Below, piece by piece: positions 53,632 to 62,905 of a stretch of DNA of 64,000 nucleotides. The position numbers and the translations under genes were made by a program. The stretch is from Corallochytrium limacisporum Hawaii. Its lineage: Eukaryota; Protista; Pluriformea. The notes beneath the pieces were generated by a model. That model saw nothing but the letters and a program-made list of their open reading frames with translations. It made no database searches and had not been told where the DNA came from. The DNA lies in the NCBI GenBank assembly GCA_002811645.1, contig PDIP01000026.1, positions 131,035 to 195,034 of the forward strand, read 5' to 3'. Each line of letters starts with the position of its first letter. The stretch's first letter is position 1.

Positions 53632-55016
53632 GACTAATTCTGTTTCTTTAAGTGCGAGTTGTGGACTTATCATCGAAGGACTGAACAAACCCAGTCCCTG
53701 TCGATTGTTGCCACTGTCCCAAGTACTAGGACAGATCTCCCACGAGTCATACAACCATGCACAGTGCACTCTGATCAACAGGGCAGGGTATATCACTTCC
53801 TCTACCATCCGTCGAGAGCGTGTTTCAGTATCTATCGACTCCCTTGCTGCTATGTGCGATCAAATTTCATTTTTCATGCGAGGTGTATGAGAATCCCGCT
53901 GGAGGTTTACTTGCTACGGGCCTAGAAGAGTGAGACGAGAGCGGCTTTAAAGCCACTGTGCGGGGAAGTGAGACGTCAGATGGCTTTCAACGAGAGTTTT
54001 GCTGGAGAGTTAGCTCGCCCCAAGGCTATAAATATAAAAATGCCCCGAGAGCTCCTAGGATCCCAGTGTACAAAACCGCCCTCTGCGAATTTCTTTCGAA
54101 TCAACGCGGTCGGTGTCCCTCCTCCCCCTCCATCTCGACGGGGCGCAAAGCACGCAGTGTGTGCCAGTGATGGCTGTGTTGTGGTTTCCACTCCCGGATC
54201 TCCGCCATAGCTGACAATCCGCTGCGAGGCGTATCATCATATGCGCGGCTGTCCTATCTCTTGTGGACATGATGTTTTTCTTGTTGCTGCGGAAAGGCGA
54301 CGGCCTTGCCACACTATGCTATCAACGCGGCAGCTGGCGTATTGTATGGTTTAAGCATGGCGAATTCTTTGATGCTGTTGTATAGTCTGTCGCACACTGT
54401 GCAGAAAGAGCGTAGTTAGTCCTGGTTGTTGCTCAACTGAAAACGAGGAATTGCCCTCCTTCCTCAGAAAGTTTCCAGTGCACCAGTTGTGTAGATTCGG
54501 TACTGAATGTATTCTCCATTGCTGTGCCCCCACGACATGGGCTTTTGCCATGACAATGATATGGCAGACGTACGGGTCAAGGGAGGGCCTCAACAGGGAA
54601 GGGGGAAGGAACAGAATCAAACCCGCCCCCTCCTCCCCCTCCCCGAAATTTCTTTTGCCAGAGCGCCGTTCACCTCAAAGTATCTCCAGTGTCTCTCCCA
54701 CACACTCACCATTGAAGTGAGACAGTGCCCCACTTCTCCCCCCGGGGGTTGGGGGGAAAGAACCGACTGCGTGTCTTTCTCTGTAAGGAGTGGCCTGTCC
54801 TGGAGAGATTTACTGGGAATACCTAAGCTATGCGTACCTCTTCCGTACTTTAATGAACCGGCGTCCTATATAAGGGCCCTCCGCCGAAGGCCACGGGGTC
54901 GGTCAGGTTCTGGATGTTCACTTGGGGATGCGTGCGGGGAAGGGCGATGACGATGGGCTACAAGGGTTACATGAATTCAATTATATCTATGCTTTAATAT
55001 TTACAGTGTTTGAATT

Positions 55017-56270
55017 TCAATCATCACGTTCGTGAGACGGAAGCATGTCAACCGCTTCAGGATCTTGAGGTTCGGTAGCAAGGGCGGTCAGTGGCAGGGC
55101 ATTGTTTCCGATGACGAACGCATGAATCTCGAAGCCCTCACAGATTTCTTTTGTCACCATGACAGCGTAATGAGCTAAAGCTGCAAGAACGACTCCAAAG
55201 ATAACCCATAGTGTTAATCCGACGGGGAAAACAGACTCTTTGCCGCGTAGCAGCGGACCTAGCCACAAGTTCAAGACCTCAACCAGTAGCGGGACAATAG
55301 CTTGATGATAAATTGGAAAGGGGTCGTGCGTCATATGCGTAAGAATCATATGGCATGTCACAATCGCAAATGTGAAACCACCAGTGAGATATACAACCCA
55401 GATATTCAAGCCCCACGCATCTCTGCGTGCAAACAAAAGAGCCGCCATCAGGGAGAGGATCACAAAGATTGGAAGTAAGCGCTCGCCAGCGAGCTCTTTC
55501 CGGTTACCCACTAAATCTTCTTTCCGAGCACCCTCTACCCGCCGGTAATCCCGATAGCTCTGGATCAATGATCCAATGCCCAAGCACACAACCAGGAGCT
55601 GCGCAAGGGTGAGGCCGAATGCAGGTTTTACGACCCAGATTTGCGGGCCAAGAAAGGCGGTGATTATGTACATGCAAATGGTGAGCCATACACCTTCATC
55701 AGCTCCGTTGATCACATCAAAGAACATCACACCAGTGTGATATTCACTCCAGGTTGCCGTGTAGAACGGCAACATTGTTCCCGCGAGAGCCAGAAGCATC
55801 CATTCCGGGCCTAATTGTAAAGCGCAACCGCATACAAAAGTGCTCAGCACTGTATTGACACAGTCACAACCGTGGTCCATAAGCTGACCTAAAGGACCAC
55901 TTGTCCCGGTACGTCGAGCCTGAAGTCCGTCCAGCATATCTAGAGAAACATACGTAAATAGATTGAGACCAAACATGAAGTAGATCCAACTCGGCATGGC
56001 CTCCGTCATGTTTGGACAATAGAGACGGGCAAAGATGAAGCTTGTTCCCGTAAATGCAAGACCACCGACAGTAAGAACGTTCGGTGCAATGTTTTTCGGG
56101 ACGTACTCGATCATCCATTGACTCATTGGTCGTCCTACATGCTTGTATATTATGGAGAGGCTCACACTGTTGTACTTGTGTTGCCGAAGCTGTTCCATAC
56201 CCTCTGCAGAAATATACTGGGTTTTAAAAATATGCGGGTCCCCGCCGCCAAATCGCAATCTTCCGGCCAT
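55017..56270 (-). CDS. Choline/ethanolamine phosphotransferase (CEPT1/EPT1/AAPT, CDP-alcohol phosphotransferase)
   Basis: APNVLT and DMLDGLQARRTGTSGPLGQLMDHGCD signature, WSEYHTG, multiple TM helices. First ATG is at 56270. Confidence 0.95.
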   Translation of the reverse strand: MAGRLRFGGGDPHIFKTQYISAEGMEQLRQHKYNSVSLSIIYKHVGRPMSQWMIEYVPKNIAPNVLTVGGLAFTGTSFIFARLYCPNMTEAMPSWIYFMFGLNLFTYVSLDMLDGLQARRTGTSGPLGQLMDHGCDCVNTVLSTFVCGCALQLGPEWMLLALAGTMLPFYTATWSEYHTGVMFFDVINGADEGVWLTICMYIITAFLGPQIWVVKPAFGLTLAQLLVVCLGIGSLIQSYRDYRRVEGARKEDLVGNRKELAGERLLPIFVILSLMAALLFARRDAWGLNIWVVYLTGGFTFAIVTCHMILTHMTHDPFPIYHQAIVPLLVEVLNLWLGPLLRGKESVFPVGLTLWVIFGVVLAALAHYAVMVTKEICEGFEIHAFVIGNNALPLTALATEPQDPEAVDMLPSHERDD

Positions 56271-57042
56271 ACTTGCCAGTGACTTGTGTCTCAGATTTAT
56301 CACCTACACCATAACTCAACAAAACAGACAATGACGCCACCGTAAAGATTCCCAAGTCTATCGCGCATTCGTCAGTTTCTAGCCAATTATGGAACGCTTC
56401 TGCCAAACAGAACATTGGAAATGAACATTTACCAAATAGCTATACGAATGAACCTGAGCATATCACCATGTAGTTTACCAATATACCAAATCTCCCAACA
56501 ACAAACAAACACGTGAGTATGATGGCGTCATACTGCGGGGTCACGGGGCGCCGCCGCATTTCTCTCACAGACCCATGCCCCCCTTTCCTCGGCACAGAGA
56601 CAGGCGGACCCAGCCTACGCACACGTCCCCCAGAGAGATCATCACCAAATCGCTTCAATATCCCAATATCCCGTCCTCAACAGGGACACCATACCTCGGT
56701 ACTTTCACTACCAATCGTACTGGTTGTGTCCTAAGGGACCCAATCACCGCGGCTCACCGACACACACACACCAACCCTGTGAGGGCGGCACCCAGCAGCG
56801 AAAGCAATCGATTTTAATTCGATTTAATTTTGATTGTTAGGTTTTTCAGTTTTATTCATTTCCAAAGTGTTGCGGAAAGAGAGGTCAGCAGTTACCGAGC
56901 CCGAGACCGGTGCCCCCAGGAAGGGTTCGTTTGGCGCTTTGCACAGTATTCCTGCCCGTAATGGGATTTCTATAGGAAGAACTGGAGACCAGTCTGGAAC
57001 ACCGGTCGCCTCCCTCAGTAAATTGGCCGTGTCCCTTTAGGA

Positions 57043-57208
57043 TTTTGGCGGGAAGGGTTTGAAGGAAGCAGTAAGCGTACGGCGGGTCTGCATTGCCCGG
57101 CAGGTAATTTCACTATGAAAAATGGATGCCGTATTTCAAGCACAAAAAGAAAATGGGCAGGGTGGGGGGGGTCTCGTTTCGTTTTTCCTCCCTCTTGTTT
57201 TGGCGGGA
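57043..57208. promoter_or_regulatory. Two E2F sites and an adjacent CHR-like element upstream of ASPM
   Basis: TTTTGGCGGGAAGGGTTTGAA at 57043-57063 and TTTTGGCGGGA at 57198-57208. Confidence 0.55.
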
Positions 57209-57572
57209 GGATCCGGACGGTAATCAATGTACTGCGCAGGACGGTCACCGTTTTGCAGATCAGCGGTCGTCACGGACAGGGCACGGAGGATAAGAAGCCG
57301 GGGGAGACCCTTGCAATTCCTAGGCCTATGGGCGCAAAGAGTGGGCCTAGAGGAAGTGACCTATCTTGGCAGAGAGATGACAGATATCAGTTTTTCGGAT
57401 TTGTAGGCCAGAACTAGCTCAAATCATTATGGTATAGCAAGATCAGTGAAGCTATTCAACCTTTAACGACGAAGAGTTGGTAGTTAATACGTATGATGCA
57501 GGATATACTGACCGGGTTCTGATCGGGTGACGAGTACACGGACAATAAGAAGTACCTCACCGCATAGCCAAG

Positions 57573-60500
57573 ATGGCTGATACCAAGGCTGCGGCTATGT
57601 TTTCCATCCCTGTCAGCCCAAAGGGTAAACCTTATCAGGAAGCAGCACCTATCTCTAGCTTTGCTCCCGAAGCCACCGTTCTGGAACTCAAGAAGTTTGC
57701 AGGTGTTCCCACTGTAGATCTCGGTGAGCTTGATGTCAATAGGGAGTGTCAGGCTAAGTTAAACCTGGTAAACAATAATGAAGACACACAGATATTAAAA
57801 CTTCAGGCTCGCGGAGCCAATCAAGATGCGACTTTGCAGCTGTTCAACGAGGCGGGTGACAACCTTGAAACTGAGGAAATGCAAGACCAGGAATTTGCTG
57901 TTGAGGGCTCTAGCACAATTCAACTGACTCTGTCTTGGAAGCCAGTCGCTCAGGGCGGCTTGCGTCAAAAATTTACTCTCCTTTGGAACGGACGGCATCG
58001 TTTACAGTTCATTGTGGCTGGTTCAGCGTTCAGCCCTTACGAAGCCACCACCAAAACAAAGCATAAGTATAAGGTTATGAAGCCTTTCGCCAAGCGTGCT
58101 CCTTTGGGTGAACGACAAAATAACATTCAAGCACAGATGCAGAATGCAGATTTAAACAAGCCCGAGCAGACCAAGAGGAAAAGGCTTCCGTCTGTTGATG
58201 TTGTGCGACGCAACCGGACGGCGATGGCACCGGGCCCTCACAAGCGGGACAGGAGCCTCGACGCTTCGTTCAGCAGTGCTGTATCTGACTTCGGACACTT
58301 TAACAAGCGTCGTAGTACACACCCCAAGAATCAATTTGAAGCAGAGGAAAGGATCTTTGTCGAGTGGTGCAATGATGTCTTGGCAAACAAATCTAGCCCT
58401 ATCAGCCAAGGAAGTCAGGAGCGTCAGATGCTCCGATCGATTCGTTCCTTTGCAAACGAACTCTTTGTTGATGAGCAGACCTGCGCTGTCATTGAACGAC
58501 TGGAGAATGAATTTGAAAGCGGCCGGCTCACTGTCAACAGTGATACTGACCTGTTAGCCGACTATGGCATTCGTGATCACATTTGTGACTCGCTAATGAT
58601 GTACAATGCTCTCTGGCTGACCGCCGGTCTTGAGGTGATCATGGACACTGTTGTCTCATCCACATCAATTCCCAACAGCGAGTCCCTGGAAAATTTTATT
58701 CAGACTCATTTTCTGTCCTACATTCAAGCTGCTGAAGGCAATTCTGCGGCCACTAGCCAAGAGATTGCTTGTCGCTTCTTCAAATTGGTGTTTTTCTTGG
58801 ATCGCTTGAAAACTAGAGGTCAGAATATCCCTGGGTTACCTCCCATGGCCTTATTTGTGCCAGGAAGTAAATTGAAGAGCAGTCGCGAGCAGATCCAGAA
58901 GTTTACACAGAAGTACCTGATTGGAGTTGGCGATGTGATCCGCCAGCTCCAGTATCAGGGTTGCATTTTGACCTACGTGCAAACTCCCTTGGATGAATAC
59001 GACTTTACAGTGAAGTCTCTTTCAACAGACCTACGCAACGGTGTCATTCTGTCGAAACTAATGTCTAACGTTTCTGGAAATGCAGAACTGATGAACGACA
59101 TGCGTCTACCTGCAATTTCTAGACTGCAGAAGATCCATAACGTTGCTGTGGCCCTTGATGCCTTGCGAGACATGGACCTGGACACACTAGGAGGACACGC
59201 AAATATGTTCAATGTGAAAGCAGAGGACATTGTGGATGGTCATAGGGAAAAGACATTCTTTGTGCTGTGGACCCTGCTTCTGCAGTACAAGGTGGGAAGT
59301 CTGATTAATGAGGCGGCCATTGAGAAGGAAATTGAGTACATTTACAGCCTGAGAAATGATGGTGAAGAGTGTCAGACCGTACCGGAGATGGACCTGTACT
59401 TCCGGTCGGAGAAATTGAGCGCTGTATTGCGCTGGATGAAGGTTGTCTGTGCTCAGTATGACGTTGTCGTGAAGAACTTCACCTCATCACTTAGTGATGG
59501 AAGGGCCTTTTCTCACCTCATTTATCATTACCACAAAGAATCTTTACCATTTGAATGTATTCAACAAGAGACCACGAGTAATCGCACCCAAGAACTGTTT
59601 GATGAGGCTCGTCACCTTGAGAATGACAAGGAAACTGCCGGAGGTCTGGCATTTACTTTTAGCCCCGGCTCTGGACACATTGGAGGTCGTGATCAAAGCA
59701 TGCGTGTTGAAGCAGAGAACCAAAATTGGAAACTGATCCTAAGAATCTCCCAGGAGCTTCAACTTTTGCCCTCCTGGTGCTCATCTGCATCAATGCTGGT
59801 CAGACCAAATAGGTCCGGAAATAAGAGCATGCTAGAAGCCCGCAGCAATGAGCGTCTCATGATTGCGTTTGCTTGCTACTTGTGCGACTCACTTTTGGTT
59901 GATGTGCATCGTCATCGTGCTGCTCGTGCAATTCAACAGGCATGGCAGGTCCACAAGGAAGCCGCCGCCGAACGCCGTGCCGCAGAAATCGAGGCTCAGC
60001 GTGTTGAGGAGGAACGAAAACTCATGGAAAAGCTGCGCCGGGAGAGCGCCGCAGTCGTTATCCAAAGAAACTGTCGTCGAATGTGGGCCATGCGGAACTT
60101 TAATGCGTGTCGTCGGGCTATTATTGTGCTTCAGAGCCGAGTACGATGTATGCAGGCCCGGAAGGCATATCTACACAGGCGCAAAGTGATAATTTGCATT
60201 CAAAGCCGCGTTCGAGGCCGCCTGATCCGGCAGAGTCTGTGTCAGAAGCGCAATGCTAGCATTACTATTCAGCGTGCATACCGTGCTCATGCTCTATGGA
60301 GGGGCATTCTTGCTGCTGCGGCTCAGTTCCGCATTGAGTCGACGGCTGCCATTACTCTGCAGTGCGCAATCCGTGGCTTCTTTGCCAGGCGCACGCTAGT
60401 AGTGTTGAGAATCGAAGAGGCTGAGCGACAACGTGTTCAATTTGAAATGGAAAGTGACGCCGCTGTGAAGATTCAATGCGCCTTTCGAAGCTATCAGGCC

Positions 60501-62720
60501 CGGCAGGTCCTCTCCTATCTCCGACTTGTCGAGGCCGATCGAATTGCTGCGCTGCGTCATCACTGCGCCCTCATCATTCAGTGCGCATGGCGCCAGTTCC
60601 TTGCTCGTCGGGAACTCTTGCAGATCTTTGAAGAGAAATGTGCTGAGGAGGAAGCCCGTCTGCGCGCTGCCCTAGAATTCGCGGCCGCCCGCACGATTCA
60701 GTGCGCATGGAGGCAATTTGTGGCCCATCGAAATTTGATCGAACTGCGAACAGAGCGAATGGCTCTTGAGAACGCGGCTGTGACCACCATTGCAGCTAAC
60801 TGGCGCTGCACCGTCGCCCAACGGCACTACCAGCGTATGCGTGGCGCCGTTGTGTTACTGCAGGCCCAGTACCGTAGCCTATGTGTATCCCGTGCGTACA
60901 ATGCCCAGCGCAAGGCTGCCATTGTGCTGCAGTGCCGTTTCCGTGGCGTACAAGCTCGTAATGCCTTTACCACTCTACGTCAGGCCGCCATTGTCGTGCA
61001 GACGCGGTGGCGCGCTACTTTGCAGCGCCGAGCTTACCTGGCCCTTCGTCAGCGAATGGAAGAGGAGGCCTGGGCTGCCTTTCAGGAGGAGAAGAGTATC
61101 ATAATCCAGTCAGCCTTCAGGGGCTACTGGGTTCGTAAGGAAATTGCCAATATGTGTAGTGCGGCCACCAAGATTCAATCCCAATGGCGCTGTTATTCAG
61201 CCCGTGCAACGTATCAGACACAACTCCAGGCAGTCGTCTCCTTGCAATGTGCTTTGCGTGGCCTAAACGCACGTCGTACCCTTGCTGCTCTTCAGCGGGC
61301 CAAGGCTGAGGCTATGCAGGCCGCAGCTGAGCAAGCCGCGGCAATTGTATTGCAAAGCAACTGGCGCCGTGTGCTGGCTACTCGTGAGCTTGCTATCCTG
61401 CAGCAGATTGCTGCGGAACAGAAGGCTGCTACTGTACTCCAAGCCCACTGGCGCCGAGTAGTGGCTATGCGACAGCTGGAATCGTTGCGTCTGGACGCGG
61501 CCGAACTCCAGGCCACCATTGTGCTGCAGTGTGCCTGGCGCAGGTTGTTGGCTACGCGAGAGCTGGCCGTGCTTCGCCAGCATGCTGCTGAGCAGGAAGC
61601 TGCCATTGTGCTGCAGTCTGCCTGGCGCAGGGTGGTTGCCATGCGAGAGCTTGCTGTACTTCGTCAAGACGCTGCTGAGGTGCGCGCTGCTGTTGTGGTC
61701 CAGAGTCACTGGCGCCGCGTTGTCGCACAGGGCGAATACGAATGTATGCGGTGGGCTGCGTGCGTCGTCCAGGCTCACTGGCGTCACATTCTGCTCTGCC
61801 GGCGTGAAAACCGTGCCGCCGTGGTCATCCAAGCCGTGTTCCGTGGACACAAGACCCGCCGGCAGATGGCCCTCTACCAGGCGAAGCGAGTTGAGGCCGT
61901 TGAAACCATTGCCAATGCGCTGTATAGTTATGTCTGCCGTCAACGATACCTACATCTGCGGCGTGCTGCCCAGTTTGTGGCGGATCGCTACGCCTACAAG
62001 CTGTATCTGCGATCTGTGTACTTCCGAGATTACGCCGCTCTCAAGATTCAGGCTCTGTGGCGCGGATACCGGGTCCGCAAAACCCTCAACCGGAAAGGGC
62101 TACGAGTCTTGCAGCGTCTTCGCCAGGCCAATGCTGCAGCCACTGCCGACAAGCGTCTTGGCAACCGCATGCGAACAGCACTTAACCACCTCCTGGACGA
62201 GAGCCAGATGACGAAGCTAATTGAGTCCTGCAAAAGCCTGGAGGTCGTGGCGCGTCTAAGTGAAAGCTGCTGCGATTGTGTAGTTGAGCATGGAGCGATT
62301 AGCATCCTTTTCCGCCTTACCCGCTCCTGCAACCGGTCCAAGCCGCATATGGAACTGTTGAAACACATATTAGCCACCCTCAGTCGCATCAGCGCATATG
62401 AGCAACACGTTCAGGCGATTTTGACCGAAGTCGACGGTCTGAACACAATTGTGGAATTGCTACAGATGTACCGCGACAAGGACGAAATCTTTGTACATGC
62501 GGCCCGCTTGATGGTCCACTTGGCCACCCATGAGGTTGGTCGCGAAGTCATAACTTCGGACGTTACCCTCATGAGCCGTCTTCGTAAAATTGATGCCATT
62601 CTTACCCGTCGGCGTGCTCTGCAACAGCGCCGTCTGCCTCCTGTGAGCGGACGCGGCCAGCAGAGCGAGGCAATCTGCAGCGTGACTGCTATGGGACAGC
62701 TCATGGCTGTACTAAATTGA
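57573..62720 (+). CDS. ASPM: Abnormal spindle-like microcephaly-associated protein (ASH + CH domains + IQ repeats + HEAT)
   Basis: YVQTPLDEYDFTV, DLRNGVILSKL, PAISRLQKIHNV, DIVDGHREKT, NFTSSLSDGRA, many IQ motifs, and C-terminal SCNRSKPH. Confidence 0.96.
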   Translation: MADTKAAAMFSIPVSPKGKPYQEAAPISSFAPEATVLELKKFAGVPTVDLGELDVNRECQAKLNLVNNNEDTQILKLQARGANQDATLQLFNEAGDNLETEEMQDQEFAVEGSSTIQLTLSWKPVAQGGLRQKFTLLWNGRHRLQFIVAGSAFSPYEATTKTKHKYKVMKPFAKRAPLGERQNNIQAQMQNADLNKPEQTKRKRLPSVDVVRRNRTAMAPGPHKRDRSLDASFSSAVSDFGHFNKRRSTHPKNQFEAEERIFVEWCNDVLANKSSPISQGSQERQMLRSIRSFANELFVDEQTCAVIERLENEFESGRLTVNSDTDLLADYGIRDHICDSLMMYNALWLTAGLEVIMDTVVSSTSIPNSESLENFIQTHFLSYIQAAEGNSAATSQEIACRFFKLVFFLDRLKTRGQNIPGLPPMALFVPGSKLKSSREQIQKFTQKYLIGVGDVIRQLQYQGCILTYVQTPLDEYDFTVKSLSTDLRNGVILSKLMSNVSGNAELMNDMRLPAISRLQKIHNVAVALDALRDMDLDTLGGHANMFNVKAEDIVDGHREKTFFVLWTLLLQYKVGSLINEAAIEKEIEYIYSLRNDGEECQTVPEMDLYFRSEKLSAVLRWMKVVCAQYDVVVKNFTSSLSDGRAFSHLIYHYHKESLPFECIQQETTSNRTQELFDEARHLENDKETAGGLAFTFSPGSGHIGGRDQSMRVEAENQNWKLILRISQELQLLPSWCSSASMLVRPNRSGNKSMLEARSNERLMIAFACYLCDSLLVDVHRHRAARAIQQAWQVHKEAAAERRAAEIEAQRVEEERKLMEKLRRESAAVVIQRNCRRMWAMRNFNACRRAIIVLQSRVRCMQARKAYLHRRKVIICIQSRVRGRLIRQSLCQKRNASITIQRAYRAHALWRGILAAAAQFRIESTAAITLQCAIRGFFARRTLVVLRIEEAERQRVQFEMESDAAVKIQCAFRSYQARQVLSYLRLVEADRIAALRHHCALIIQCAWRQFLARRELLQIFEEKCAEEEARLRAALEFAAARTIQCAWRQFVAHRNLIELRTERMALENAAVTTIAANWRCTVAQRHYQRMRGAVVLLQAQYRSLCVSRAYNAQRKAAIVLQCRFRGVQARNAFTTLRQAAIVVQTRWRATLQRRAYLALRQRMEEEAWAAFQEEKSIIIQSAFRGYWVRKEIANMCSAATKIQSQWRCYSARATYQTQLQAVVSLQCALRGLNARRTLAALQRAKAEAMQAAAEQAAAIVLQSNWRRVLATRELAILQQIAAEQKAATVLQAHWRRVVAMRQLESLRLDAAELQATIVLQCAWRRLLATRELAVLRQHAAEQEAAIVLQSAWRRVVAMRELAVLRQDAAEVRAAVVVQSHWRRVVAQGEYECMRWAACVVQAHWRHILLCRRENRAAVVIQAVFRGHKTRRQMALYQAKRVEAVETIANALYSYVCRQRYLHLRRAAQFVADRYAYKLYLRSVYFRDYAALKIQALWRGYRVRKTLNRKGLRVLQRLRQANAAATADKRLGNRMRTALNHLLDESQMTKLIESCKSLEVVARLSESCCDCVVEHGAISILFRLTRSCNRSKPHMELLKHILATLSRISAYEQHVQAILTEVDGLNTIVELLQMYRDKDEIFVHAARLMVHLATHEVGREVITSDVTLMSRLRKIDAILTRRRALQQRRLPPVSGRGQQSEAICSVTAMGQLMAVLN
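61323..61757 (+). repeat. Five tandem 87-bp (29-aa) IQ-motif repeats inside ASPM
   Basis: Units start at 61323, 61410, 61497, 61584 and 61671, consensus AAEQxAAIVLQSxWRRVxAxRELAVLRQx. Confidence 0.9.
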
Positions 62721-62905
62721 GCATATACTACAACTCTGACATGTGCCCTCTAGCGTTTGTTGGGGCAAATCCACATGACTTTGTAATACACATTCACACA
62801 TAGAACCGTCTCATGCTTCTATGATATTTGTGCCATTGAAACATCGTTACGTAAGCTACAGTCTTTCAATAATTCTTGTATTTTCTTTCTGTTTACATTG
62901 AATTC

